A stretch of 64,000 nt of DNA, taken from IMG/VR virus record IMGVR_UViG_3300042445_001485. One strand, given 5' to 3'. A program made the position numbers and the translations under genes. How positions within the stretch are numbered: position 1 is the stretch's first letter; every line of letters begins with the position of its first letter. Below are positions 63,522-64,000 of the stretch, piece after piece. The DNA is from a virus. Taxonomy: Duplodnaviria > Caudoviricetes. The notes under the pieces were generated by a model, which had not been told where the DNA came from, made no database searches, and was given only the letters and a program-made list of their open reading frames with translations.

Positions 63522-64000
63522 TTAAAACCACAAATATAACCCATTGGCTGACAATAGAATTCCTATGGCCGCTACTGCAAAACTGCCCCAAAACATTGGC
63601 ATACTAACTGCAAGAATACTTGCAGATAACACAACAATGGCTAATTGGTATGCAGTATTGGCATAAGCAATCCATGGTGATCCTTTTTTGGCTTCTTCAC
63701 GGACAGCTTCCATGGCTTTTGCTTTAGTAGCAAGTTCTTTCTTGTCATAGTCCATGCGTTCTTTCTCTGCTATGAACTCTGCTTTAATTTTTGGATCACT
63801 TGCTGTCTTAGCGGCAATCTCATAGCTAACACCACGACCTGCTTTGGCTTGATACTGTGCCCATGTGTTATTAGCACCTAGTGTATTGTTTAATACTGTG
63901 CTGGATAGTTTGCCACCATACCAAGAATTTACTGCCAATAACAGTGCAAACACAGAAATAACCATACCTGCTCGGTCTTTGATCCGTGCTTCACGCTCGG
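63522..64000 (-). CDS. DUF4337-like membrane protein (5' end beyond the window)
   Basis: NNTWAQYQAK and FQ/YQLAIVVLSASIL; the frame stays open to the window edge. Confidence 0.65.
   Translation of the reverse strand, partial: EREARIKDRAGMVISVFALLLAVNSWYGGKLSSTVLNNTLGANNTWAQYQAKAGRGVSYEIAAKTASDPKIKAEFIAEKERMDYDKKELATKAKAMEAVREEAKKGSPWIAYANTAYQLAIVVLSASILAVSMPMFWGSFAVAAIGILLSANGLYLWF

Noticed and set aside
837-64000. Numerous plus-strand ORFs in the track (e.g. 4784, 5921, 6840, 45016, 55413)
   Set aside because: They are antisense shadows of confident minus-strand genes, with no SD, promoter or protein motifs.
1-64000. tRNA/rRNA genes, integrase, transposase, introns or inteins
   Set aside because: No cloverleaf or rRNA-like tract was seen in the short intergenic gaps; thyA and the DNA polymerase are of normal length and uninterrupted.
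1-64000. Stop-codon reassignment as in some large phages
   Set aside because: Known genes are full length in the standard code, and TAA, TGA and TAG all terminate genes.

Overview
64 kb fragment of a large, T4-like/jumbo dsDNA bacteriophage genome (standard code, densely packed, essentially all genes on the minus strand after position 837). It has host sigma70-type early promoters (TTGAC-N17-TATAAT) and T4-late-like ATAAATA motifs. Core and metabolic genes: family B DNA polymerase, probable sliding clamp, 5'-3' exonuclease/RNase H, ThyA, DHFR, a MoxR AAA+/VWA pair, ClpA, DnaJ, AhpC/AhpD/Dps, two fatty-acid desaturases, holin-like proteins and a GH19 muramidase. It also carries many nucleotide-sugar/heptose enzymes and a 7-deazaguanine DNA-modification set (FolE, QueD, QueE, a DpdL-like T-fold protein and a TGT/DpdA-like transglycosylase beside a glycosyltransferase; no QueC in the window). 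The most striking structures are: (1) a 5.4 kb tandem array of 15 complete and 1 truncated paralogous mini-genes (MNERI...KFAELIVREC...HFGVEE) built from near-identical DNA blocks flanking hypervariable inserts, with unrelated mini-genes joined through the same SD/stop/start junction; (2) a ~1245 aa polyprotein-like ORF divided by 11 QGVAEG-type linkers; (3) a GH19 enzyme with a capsid-targeting-like N-terminus followed by a twin-arginine signal; (4) a preQ1-I-like pseudoknot in the queD leader; (5) a possible three-gene restriction-modification-like cassette. All assignments come from reading motifs by eye; no database searches were run.
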